From contig DATDXK010000129.1 in assembly GCA_035289345.1 (NCBI GenBank), positions 1 through 33,209 on the forward strand: a DNA stretch of 33,209 nt, read 5' to 3'. The notes below the pieces were generated by a model, which was not told where the DNA came from, made no database searches, and saw only the letters and a list, made by a program, of their open reading frames with translations. This document shows, one piece after another, positions 23,047 to 32,099 of this stretch (positions within the stretch are counted from its first letter, which is position 1; every line of letters begins with the position of its first letter). The position numbers and the translations under genes were made by a program. Origin of the DNA: Candidatus Nanoarchaeia archaeon (GTDB lineage: Archaea > Nanobdellota > Nanobdellia > Woesearchaeales > GW2011-AR9).

Positions 23047-23530
23047 ATGGTCCTTTTAATATATTCAACAGCAAAACAATTGGCCGCAAGTCCTGGCTAT
23101 TAATTATCCTCAGCCTGGCAATAGTTACGGCAATGGCCCTATCCGGCTTTAATTTTTTTAATCACCAGAATGCCAATCGCCCAGCGACTGGATTAAAGAA
23201 GAGCAGATTATAGTAATTAAAGATAAAGGAATAATAAATGTCCTTAATTCATCCTGGGCCAGATTTACTGATAGCAATTCCAGGGATCCGTTGATTGATA
23301 AAAATTCACCGGCTATCGAGATTAAACCTAGTTCACCACAACAAATTAATTTAGGAGATGTGATTTCTTATCACACCGCTTACGGCACGATCATTCATCT
23401 GGCGATAGAGGTTAATTTTGATGAGCAAGGCGTTTACTGCCTGGCGCGAGGCGATAACAATACTCACAGTGATCCATTAAAGATGCGCTTTGAAAATGTT
23501 ATGGGGGTAGTGGTAGCTGTTATTTATTAG
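23047..23530 (+). pseudogene. Signal peptidase I (S26)-like gene with two frameshifts
   Basis: ATG 23047 in one frame, TM segment SWLLIILSLAIVTAMALSGF in a second, catalytic-domain-like SNSRDP...IHLAIE...ARGDNNTHSDP in a third. Confidence 0.45.
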
Positions 23531-23563
23531 GGCTTGGCAAAAAAAGCTTGTTTGCCATGATGG

Positions 23564-23727
23564 GGCTCTGTAGAATATGTAGTTAGCATCAATTTGCGAA
23601 GCACCACTATCGTTAAATATTCAGCTGACAAGAGGGTTGCCTCATCCGGAGAATGTCAGCCTTTACCTAACAGAATCAGGTGCTGAGCTTTATGCTAACC
23701 GATTGCAACGAGATTTTCTACAGAGCC
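23564..23727 (-). mobile_element. Divergent, inverted member of the 163-bp MITE family (164 bp), no TSD
   Basis: Ends ggctctgtagaa / ttctacagagcc; shares catcaatttgcgaagca, gctgagc and cgag blocks with the reverse complement of copy A. Confidence 0.65.
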
Positions 23728-23990
23728 GGTCAATAGGAAAAAGGTACATTTTACCAAAGAAGAATATTGCCACATTGGGTGTTGGAAAATGGTGCAGGAT
23801 GATTTATGCATTTACTGATGAGACTAATGCATTTCTGCGGGAATATTTTCAAAGAAATCAGTCTGAAAGTGGATTCTCAGAGGACAAGAAAAGAACGGAA
23901 TGGAGATTTACTAAGAAGAGAGAAGAATGGATTGACACAGCATACGGCCTTACTACCCTTGGGCATAATCTCTTTTTAGTAAAAGCATAA
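23637..23990 (+). CDS. Hypothetical ORF, doubtful
   Basis: 117-aa ORF starting with TTG inside the MITE-like element; no motif recognised. Confidence 0.2.
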   Translation: MPHPENVSLYLTESGAELYANRLQRDFLQSRSIGKRYILPKKNIATLGVGKWCRMIYAFTDETNAFLREYFQRNQSESGFSEDKKRTEWRFTKKREEWIDTAYGLTTLGHNLFLVKA

Positions 23991-24014
23991 CTTTACTGCC
24001 CCACAGCCCTTCAG

Positions 24015-25109
24015 TCATTTCAACAATTTTTCAATTTTTTCGGCATCCCAGCCCTGGGCCACTAATTTCATTTTGATCACTGCATCGCTAAACCCTTTTT
24101 TTCTGGCTTCAACAATATATTCCTTCACCGGCTGCAATGAACCAGAACTTCCGCTTCTTTTCCAGTGCAATATTATCAGAATTACAGCTGCTGCCAGCAA
24201 CAATCCGCCTACACCAGCGCCAATGGGCAGCCAAGGTACGGCGGACTTAGGAATTGGCGCTTCCTCCTTAGCTGCAGACTGGCAAGATAAGGTTGCTGAA
24301 TTGCATCCCTGTGGGCAAGAATTGATCGTAATCCAAGTGCTGCCATCGGCAGAGCACTGCCGAAGATTGTTGCCCTGGCAACTTATGCTGCCGGCCGGGC
24401 AAATTACCGCTCCTGCCGTTCCAACACAGGACTGCTGTTCAATCGGCTTGGGTATGGATATAATGCTAGATACTTCACCTAACGCTAACCGCAGATCGCA
24501 AGAATCCACACGCACACAGGTTCTGGTTTGTGATTGACCCTGGCAAACAGACCAACCGATTCCACATTCCCAGCTTTGCAAACAAGCGCCGCCAGTTGCT
24601 GGAATAGTTGTTGCTTGATCGCTGGATGTTCTATCACGATTACCACTGCCTCCGCCTTGCGCATTATTACTTGCAGTTATATCATTACTTGTAGTTGTAT
24701 TTTGGCTGCCGGAAGAAGGCGCAGCGCCAGCTGGTTCAACAGGAGCCGGAAAGCGCAACTCCTTATTTTGAACTTTGCCGCTTACATAGGGCTCTTCACC
24801 AATGCTGGTTATAGCTCCTGTAGCGCCGCTAACCACTTTAAAGGTAACCGTATCACCAGCACTTCCAGCAACTTTTACTGCCTCAGCAAACCCATATTTG
24901 CCGTCGTTGGCTATAACTGCAGTTGCCGCTGCTCCCGTCCCGGCTTGAATCCGCAGCGCAAAGCTTCCCGCCGGCAATCCGCTTACTGTTCCATAAAACT
25001 GATGGTAATTAGTTAAGGAAGGAATATCACTTTCATTGACCGCGCTAACACTGAAAAAAGCCAGCGCCAACGCCAGCATAAAAAGCATTATTCTTAGTTC
25101 CCATTTCAT
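24015..25109 (-). CDS. Type I membrane surface protein with Cys-rich modules
   Basis: Signal peptide ...LALAFFSVSA|VNE; Gly/Ser/Thr linker; CLQSWECGIGWSVCQGQSQTRTC and CQGNNLRQCSADGSTWITINSCPQGC modules; TM WLPIGAGVGGLLLAAAVILIIL; cytoplasmic tail. Confidence 0.7.
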   Translation of the reverse strand: MKWELRIMLFMLALALAFFSVSAVNESDIPSLTNYHQFYGTVSGLPAGSFALRIQAGTGAAATAVIANDGKYGFAEAVKVAGSAGDTVTFKVVSGATGAITSIGEEPYVSGKVQNKELRFPAPVEPAGAAPSSGSQNTTTSNDITASNNAQGGGSGNRDRTSSDQATTIPATGGACLQSWECGIGWSVCQGQSQTRTCVRVDSCDLRLALGEVSSIISIPKPIEQQSCVGTAGAVICPAGSISCQGNNLRQCSADGSTWITINSCPQGCNSATLSCQSAAKEEAPIPKSAVPWLPIGAGVGGLLLAAAVILIILHWKRSGSSGSLQPVKEYIVEARKKGFSDAVIKMKLVAQGWDAEKIEKLLK

Positions 25110-25197
25110 TTTATCATCAGTCGAACATTATTTAATGATTATTTCAGGTTATAATTTAGTTTGGTCCATAGTCTATAATTTAGGTATTATTTTAGGA

Positions 25198-26733
25198 TCA
25201 TTCTATGGCTACCGTAAACTCACTGGTGGAATACACCCAGTACGGCCGGCCTGGCAACAAGGGATCATTAACATTCAGCCGGCGGCATAACTCTCCTTGC
25301 GCACAGGCAAACAATTCAAACCGCGCGCTAGCCGGTGAAATTTCTTTTAATGATGTTGGAACTACACCGGGAATCGAGAACAAGTTCCAGCCGCGGCTGA
25401 TTCGCTGAATCAGCTGGAGTGATGGCAGCTGATCTCTAACTAAGGAAGGAAGAGCAGAGGCAGAAGCCGCATCTAGCAGCTGTGGATCTTCAACTTGGCA
25501 ATTGTTAATTATAATCTGTTTTGGTTCCGCCCGGGCTAATTGCACGAAATAGCCCTCAAACTGGCTCAGCCGGGGAATTTGGCCAATCGGCGCTGCGGAA
25601 GCCGACTGTAAAGCGCGGCCGGCCACTGGATCATAACTGTAAATCTTAGCAATATTATCTTTAGCCAGGAATCCTGACGCACGGCCGTTGGCATAAAGCA
25701 CTGCTTCGCTGTCAGGCAGCCGGCAAGGCAAAGCAAACGGCTGCAGTTCGGTTGTATCTCTGAAAGTAACATTAAGCCTGGCCGCCCTTCCTGTCCCTTG
25801 ATGAGTTAAATCATCGATAAAATCCAAGCGCATTAGCGGGTATCCTGAATCATTCACATCCAGAGTTCTGTTGCCCACTGCCAAAACCAAAAATTTGGCG
25901 GTCTTGCCGCCTAAAACTGTTCCAGTTACATTCAACAATAATGATGCCGGCTCATTAATCGGCCCAAAGGTTATATTGATGGTTCGGTTGACCTCCGCCG
26001 GCAGCCGATTCCAGCCATTAATTTTGAAAGTATTATTATATCGTGTGCCTGCAGCAGTTAAGGTAGTGATAACATTTAATTCCAATTCCGGATACTCCGG
26101 GCTGCTTACATTTAATTTGCTATAAAAAATCTGGCTAAGGTTAACCCGCAATACTCTGCCCAACGAAACGCCGGTTTCATTATGAGTCAGGCGCAATTTT
26201 AACAAGTCTGGTGAAACGAAATGCAAATTGCTTACCTGCAGCTGGCCATTCTGCAAGCTAAGCTCTAAATCCAGGAGAGCATCCCTAGCATTAAGGTACA
26301 ATGAAGTTACATCCCCCGCCGCATCCAGGCGGTCGCGCACCACTAAGGCGCCGCTGTTATTGATTTCAAAAATATAACTGTCAGCGCCGTCCTTGATTAA
26401 GGTTAAGGTAAATTGTTCCACGCGCGAACTTAGATCTACCGCAGTGCTAAATCTTACTGTGCTAGCCTGTGCTGGAAGCTGCCGGAAAATTAATGTTTCT
26501 TCCTGTGACAGCTGTATTACATTGGAAGGAAGGTTGTCCAAATCCACAAAAAAGGCTTGGCCAGCAAGAGGCTTTTCTCGCCCAGACAAGGCCGCGATGA
26601 TCGTCAGCAGCAGCAGGGCCAGCACTCCCAAGGCCATGCCGATACGTTGAAAGTCTAATTTCATTGTTTTATCCTTTTTACTATTTTTCACCACCTGCTG
26701 GTGGCTTGATTTCTGGTTTGGTTTCATTTTCAT
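25198..26733 (-). CDS. Secreted sequon-rich protein
   Basis: Hydrophobic IGMALGVLALLLLTIIAAL then PLA|GQA; at least 10 N-x-S/T sequons; no C-terminal TM; 11-nt gap to the giant gene; alternative start ATG 26664. Confidence 0.7.
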   Translation of the reverse strand: MKMKPNQKSSHQQVVKNSKKDKTMKLDFQRIGMALGVLALLLLTIIAALSGREKPLAGQAFFVDLDNLPSNVIQLSQEETLIFRQLPAQASTVRFSTAVDLSSRVEQFTLTLIKDGADSYIFEINNSGALVVRDRLDAAGDVTSLYLNARDALLDLELSLQNGQLQVSNLHFVSPDLLKLRLTHNETGVSLGRVLRVNLSQIFYSKLNVSSPEYPELELNVITTLTAAGTRYNNTFKINGWNRLPAEVNRTINITFGPINEPASLLLNVTGTVLGGKTAKFLVLAVGNRTLDVNDSGYPLMRLDFIDDLTHQGTGRAARLNVTFRDTTELQPFALPCRLPDSEAVLYANGRASGFLAKDNIAKIYSYDPVAGRALQSASAAPIGQIPRLSQFEGYFVQLARAEPKQIIINNCQVEDPQLLDAASASALPSLVRDQLPSLQLIQRISRGWNLFSIPGVVPTSLKEISPASARFELFACAQGELCRRLNVNDPLLPGRPYWVYSTSEFTVAIE

Positions 26734-26744
26734 CTAACTTATTT

Positions 26745-29700
26745 TTATTTTCGTTTAATTGATAATTGCGCTGAGGTTACCTGCCCGCCAGCCCGGTTGA
26801 TTTTTTCCACCTTGATTTCAAATTGCTGTGAGCCGATCCGCACAGTTCTGGAATCGCCTTCGGCAACTAGCCTTCCGGTAATTAAGTTTCTTCCCTCTCG
26901 GTTATCCAGGGAATTTCGTTCCGTCAACTCTGACAGTCGGATTAGCCGCTGGTTTCCAGTATCCAAATTTACAATTAAAGTGTAAAATTTGTCGTCAATT
27001 TCCAAGGCAAAAATTAATGGCCTTGAGCCAGCTGTAACATTCAACTGCACTGCTGTTCCATCGTCCGGCAGGTAAAGGTACGATTCCAACTTAAACTCAG
27101 TATTAATGATTCTATTTCGTAACTCGCCAATAACTTCCTGCTTGATCCTCAAGACGTCATCGCCTAAGGCCAGCGTGCCATTGGCAGTGATGGAGCTTAC
27201 TGGATTTACTTTCCTTAAATTATAAGTCCTGCCAATGGGATATTCCCTGAACCCGAAAGACTGCTCCAGCAGTGGAGAACTGGCTGTGGGCAAATATAAC
27301 GTACTACTTACATTAAATATCGGTCCATTCCCCGCGGAAACGTTGGCGATAAATTTGGTCCAGTCCTGCACTGTATAAACGCTTCTTCTTTGATCGATGG
27401 TGATCACTCTTCTAATGTTCACGGCTTTGCCTGCTCCCGTCTGGCCGTTGACTTCCAGCAGATAATTTTCTCCTTCAATTTTCAGCAGCTGCGGTGATGA
27501 AACGGATACTATCACGTGGGTACGGCGGTCGTCATCCCTGGCTGAACCGGGGCCAAAACAAACATCCGCGCTGGCCGTAGGCCCATACAACTCTTCATTG
27601 CAAAGGTCCAGCTCGATATTATTTATCCCTACCGCAGCTTTGTTTCCGGCGGTTAATTGTTGCGTATATTCCTCTGCAGCAAACGATTCGGAGGGCAGTA
27701 ATTCCACCGCTGCGGTAGTCCTGAAGACTATTCTATCTCCCCCTGGGCTTAATTCCAATTCCACCAGCAATATTCCTTCCGGTACAATAAACCTAGCTTG
27801 CCGGCCGGAAACTTGGGCCGTAAACGTTCTGGCTTTATCCAGCGTGCTCAGCCGCAAATTGTCCAGGATGAAAAATTGCGGTGAAGAGCTGTCTCCTCCC
27901 TGGTAGCTTAGCAAATAATGCTGATCATTAAACTTCAAGGCTAATTCCTTGCCGCTGGTAAAAGTTTGAATGAACTGGTTGGTGAACGCTCGGCCAGTTG
28001 CAGTTTCCAGAACATCATAGGCACGGTAAATAGCAGCAGTTTTCACAAATCTTGGCAGCTCTGTCGTTCCCAGCGGCTGCGCGGAGTGGTAATAGAACAA
28101 AACGTTTTCTTTTCTCAACGGCTGGCGATAATTTAATTCAGCGATTTCACCCTGGCGAGTGCTGCTGATCCTGAAGAGGTCACGCAGCTGCACCCGATCC
28201 TGGCTGCTCTGTGAAATCACACCATAATTTGTCGGGCTGCTGATGCTGACCGGTCCTTCGGAAGAAAATACTGTTGACAGCTGCTCGTCTAAATTGATCG
28301 GAACATCTAATACTTCCTGCAGCGTTAAGACCGACATCTGGAATGGCGGAGGAGGCGTGCCATACCTTCGCTGCAAAATGACCTTGTGGCCGCCTAAAAT
28401 CAAAATTTCTACGCGGTCCTGGCTGCCTACTGCCGGGAAAACGGTAGCGCGCTGGCCTAATATTCTGGTTAAAGCCAAGCTTGGTAAGGAAATAACCTCT
28501 CGGCCCGGATGACTTAACACGTATAATTCAGCACCAAATTCCAACCCTAATCTTCTTCCCTGCACCATGTTGTTAATAAAATCGTTATATTCTAAGTCCG
28601 CCAACAGGTTTCTGGGCTTGGCTAAGACTAACAGGGAAACTTTTTTCTCTCTCGTTGTTTGGTTGTATTCATACAATAATAAATATTCACGGCTAACTGG
28701 CTCCGTACTGGTGGCTGCTGGAGTTACCGGCACCGCGCTTCGGCCGCCAGATCCGCCTAAGGTGGCCAAAAAGAGCCTAGACGTAGCTGGCGCGCCGCTT
28801 ATCGCAGCAATTGAACTCGGCCTGGTGGCTGCTGGAGTTGGAGTATCTATGATAGGCAGCGCGGCAAACCCTTCACCGGCAGCAAACTGCAATTTGGTTA
28901 AGTTGCCCAGCTTTAAGGTGCCCAGGGGAATATTTTGCAGGCATACTTGGACTTGCTGAATATCAGCATCATTATCACTGCGGCAGATGGAAAATAATCC
29001 TAACGTTGCCGGAGAAGTTATTTCCACCGGAGAAGATTTAGTGATGGTAATTTCATACTGCTTAGTTAAATTTACCGGCACCACGAAAGCAGCCGGCGCC
29101 TCTCCCGGCTGTACTGTTGAAATAATTAAATTGTTGCCTTCCTGTTTTAAGACAATCTGCCGCTGGCCTAACACGTTGAACACGTACTGGTTGGTTCCCG
29201 CATAGGGTTCAGCAGTATATAATACCTTTAATGGAACATGCCGCAGCTGTAAATTGCGCATCGAGAAACTTGGCTGCTCGGGATAGGTCAGCAGGTAAAA
29301 TTGCTGGTTCAGGATTAACATCATCCCCTGACCATCCAGCAGGTTATTGACTAAATTGCTTAGCGGGAAAGTTGCTTCAGTTTGCGTTACATCCAGCGCC
29401 AGCACAGCCTGCACTTCCTTAGGACCAGTTCCTTCTGGCGGCTCATAAATAAAAACAACTCTTCTGTTGGGATTGACAAGGTTAACTGCCGGATTTACCA
29501 CTGGGCGCTGATTGGTTCGAGCCAATTCATCTACCGATTGGACCGTAAACTGCCGCGACTGCAATCCCTGCTGCCCATGGCAAATCTTCACGGCGTCCGC
29601 AAACCGCGAATCGTCATCAGAACAGACGCGTAACTGGTTATATGAATATAGCTGTGGTGCCGCCGGATTTGTTAAAACATTATAATTCAAGCCAGGACAG

Positions 29701-31883
29701 GTATTAGCCGCTAAAGTGATGGTAAATAAAGCTTCCTCATGCAGCACTCGGTCCTGGGTTCCGATACAATCTGAATCCTGGCAATTAGCCTGCCCGTCAC
29801 GGTCATTGTCACGATTTTCTCCAGCATCAAAACAAGCTAATTCCCTCTTGACTACTGCATTATTTACACAAGCCACGCTGACGCCAGCATCAGTTTGCAG
29901 AGCCGGATCAGTTTCTGCTGCCGGACAGCTGACAAACCGTTCCCCGTTGCAGATCTGCCCGCCTCTCAAGGTGTATTTAGCCCGCTCATTACAAGCAAAG
30001 GCGCTGAACCATTGCATCCTGCCATTAACATTTTGGCATTCATAATTGCCTGCTTGAGCACCGGCAATACTAGAGGCACATTGCACCCATGTACCAACAG
30101 CAGCATCACAGACCCACTGCAAGCCATCGCTGGCATAGAACGGCTGATTAGCTCCAGATTGTGATTTGCAATTTAGCCATTGGTTGTTATTTCCGCAAAT
30201 AAACTGTTTTGAAATACTTGAATCAGTTACCATTTCATCATACCCAAAAAAGTTGGCAGTGCTGGGGTCATTATCCGATTGATAGAAACAGCCGTTCTGG
30301 TTCAGCGTGCAGCCCACTAAAACGGTTCGTTCAGTTCCAAGATAATAATCTCTCTCGGGATTATTATTGGCAGCATTAACTACTGTGCTTCCCGTGCAAA
30401 ATCCCGGAGCGTCAGCTAAACAGGAGCTGCAATCTATGGAAAGCCAGACAGGGGAGGGATTAATGATACCGCTTTTTGCGCACACGTAACGATTATTATA
30501 CACTACGCCGCTGGTTAAAATCAGATGATTGTCCACGCCTTCGCCCAGGTGCTGCTGGTCGCATCGCACCCATTGCGCCAGCGCATTCTGCCCGGCTGCC
30601 GCGGCAGGAGCGCTGCAATAAAAATTGTCTCCGCCAGCTCTGGTTGCTAACTGCCCATTATTGGCCGGGCTGCAGATCTGGGTTGCGCCAGGAAGACAGG
30701 CAATCTGCCGTACTGTTTCAGAACCGCAGGGCACGTAAGTCCGGCCATTGCAAACCGCTTGCCCTCTCACTTCATTCTGGCGGTTGCAATTTAAATTAGG
30801 CTGCCATGTTCCGCCCAGGCAGATTAAATTGTTGCCCTGAATAAATCCCTCTTGATTACAAAGATGCCAAGAGCCAGCTAAGCAGACATTATTTTGGTTA
30901 GGATGTATTTCCAGAGTTTCAAAACAAAATAAATTCGTTCCTTGCAAGGGAGTTCCAACACAATCATTAGCGTTAGGGCACAGACCTTCTACTGCTGGCC
31001 TAGGGATAGGCGTGCCGTCAGCGTTAAGAAACTGTGTTCTTACCCGTTCTCCTTCCGTGATAAATCTTTGTCCATCACAGTATAAACTATCGCCAACCGT
31101 TTGGCCTGCGATGGTACAAGGATGGCCTGCAGTTAAAAAAATTCCATTTTGGCAAATTCCTGAGAAGCCATTAACCGTTACAATCTGATTTCCACTTACC
31201 CGCTCACAAGCCGGTATTAGTTCAACAGAATATACGCGAGGGTCGGGAGCATTAGGGCCTTGCGCTGACCGTGCTACCATGATTGAGTCGATTAATCCTG
31301 GCGGCGAAAGCACATAATTAACTGTACTTCTGCCAGATATCATACTCACAATATTGGCCTGAACAAATGTCGATCCGGCTGGAACAAATGGTGGTCCAGC
31401 TGACACCCTCCCTACAAAGACCCTCGGGGTATCCATAGTCGGAATACTCCCTGGAGAAGTACCAACAGTTACCCCATCAGCATTATTTTCTACATCAATT
31501 CTTATTTCTTTAACTGAACTGGGACTGTTCAGCCTTATAGATACCCATCCGGTAAAACCAACATTGTTCATAGAACAAAATTGAGCTGCCGCATTTAGTG
31601 TAGCTCCTGCTGGACAGTCAAGACTATTTGGCCTAACTGTCATGTCATTGGCAACAGGATTTTTTAACAAGGTGTATTCTGATAGACTCCCCATAAACAA
31701 GTTTCCAGGATCATCTGCAGAACTAGAACCGCTAACTTCCGCCTGCTGCCGGGTTAAAATCGCCTGCCCAGCAAAGGCCCGCTCAGTTGGGCCTAAAGAA
31801 AATAAAACAATAATTAGGGCAACTAACATTACGATAAATATTCCAGCAAATAGAACTTTCTGGTTAGCCTTTTTTCTATACAT
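26745..31883 (-). CDS. Giant (1712 aa) secreted Cys-rich / repeat protein
   Basis: Signal VLFAGIFIVMLVALIIVLFSL then AFA|GQA; aa ~89-770 Cys-rich with DNDRDGQANCQDSDC; aa ~806-1712 four to five ~200-aa repeats; ggtgat at 31886-31891 and TATA-like tract 31923-31932 upstream. Confidence 0.85.
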   Translation of the reverse strand: MYRKKANQKVLFAGIFIVMLVALIIVLFSLGPTERAFAGQAILTRQQAEVSGSSSADDPGNLFMGSLSEYTLLKNPVANDMTVRPNSLDCPAGATLNAAAQFCSMNNVGFTGWVSIRLNSPSSVKEIRIDVENNADGVTVGTSPGSIPTMDTPRVFVGRVSAGPPFVPAGSTFVQANIVSMISGRSTVNYVLSPPGLIDSIMVARSAQGPNAPDPRVYSVELIPACERVSGNQIVTVNGFSGICQNGIFLTAGHPCTIAGQTVGDSLYCDGQRFITEGERVRTQFLNADGTPIPRPAVEGLCPNANDCVGTPLQGTNLFCFETLEIHPNQNNVCLAGSWHLCNQEGFIQGNNLICLGGTWQPNLNCNRQNEVRGQAVCNGRTYVPCGSETVRQIACLPGATQICSPANNGQLATRAGGDNFYCSAPAAAAGQNALAQWVRCDQQHLGEGVDNHLILTSGVVYNNRYVCAKSGIINPSPVWLSIDCSSCLADAPGFCTGSTVVNAANNNPERDYYLGTERTVLVGCTLNQNGCFYQSDNDPSTANFFGYDEMVTDSSISKQFICGNNNQWLNCKSQSGANQPFYASDGLQWVCDAAVGTWVQCASSIAGAQAGNYECQNVNGRMQWFSAFACNERAKYTLRGGQICNGERFVSCPAAETDPALQTDAGVSVACVNNAVVKRELACFDAGENRDNDRDGQANCQDSDCIGTQDRVLHEEALFTITLAANTCPGLNYNVLTNPAAPQLYSYNQLRVCSDDDSRFADAVKICHGQQGLQSRQFTVQSVDELARTNQRPVVNPAVNLVNPNRRVVFIYEPPEGTGPKEVQAVLALDVTQTEATFPLSNLVNNLLDGQGMMLILNQQFYLLTYPEQPSFSMRNLQLRHVPLKVLYTAEPYAGTNQYVFNVLGQRQIVLKQEGNNLIISTVQPGEAPAAFVVPVNLTKQYEITITKSSPVEITSPATLGLFSICRSDNDADIQQVQVCLQNIPLGTLKLGNLTKLQFAAGEGFAALPIIDTPTPAATRPSSIAAISGAPATSRLFLATLGGSGGRSAVPVTPAATSTEPVSREYLLLYEYNQTTREKKVSLLVLAKPRNLLADLEYNDFINNMVQGRRLGLEFGAELYVLSHPGREVISLPSLALTRILGQRATVFPAVGSQDRVEILILGGHKVILQRRYGTPPPPFQMSVLTLQEVLDVPINLDEQLSTVFSSEGPVSISSPTNYGVISQSSQDRVQLRDLFRISSTRQGEIAELNYRQPLRKENVLFYYHSAQPLGTTELPRFVKTAAIYRAYDVLETATGRAFTNQFIQTFTSGKELALKFNDQHYLLSYQGGDSSSPQFFILDNLRLSTLDKARTFTAQVSGRQARFIVPEGILLVELELSPGGDRIVFRTTAAVELLPSESFAAEEYTQQLTAGNKAAVGINNIELDLCNEELYGPTASADVCFGPGSARDDDRRTHVIVSVSSPQLLKIEGENYLLEVNGQTGAGKAVNIRRVITIDQRRSVYTVQDWTKFIANVSAGNGPIFNVSSTLYLPTASSPLLEQSFGFREYPIGRTYNLRKVNPVSSITANGTLALGDDVLRIKQEVIGELRNRIINTEFKLESYLYLPDDGTAVQLNVTAGSRPLIFALEIDDKFYTLIVNLDTGNQRLIRLSELTERNSLDNREGRNLITGRLVAEGDSRTVRIGSQQFEIKVEKINRAGGQVTSAQLSIKRK

Positions 31884-32099
31884 CTATCACCACTGCTCTC
31901 TATCAGAAAAGAGTTTCTTAAGATATATATAAGTTTCTATGGCCTTGGCGTGTCCAACAAGCCTTTTTTAAGCCTCAGAAAAAATTAATCTTAAGCAGAG
32001 TTGGAATTTGTAGCTGGTTAAAGCATTGCAGATCTTTTTTATTAATACCCACTAGATTAAAGGCACAGCTATCTGGTTTGGTTATTTGCATCCTGCAGC

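Noticed and set aside
26797-31932. About ten plus-strand ORFs of 62-130 aa
   Set aside because: All are antisense shadows inside the 1712-aa minus-strand gene, with Ser/Pro/Arg-rich unnatural composition. The same applies to ORFs antisense to srp54, gatE, the ligase and the 24-26.7 kb genes.
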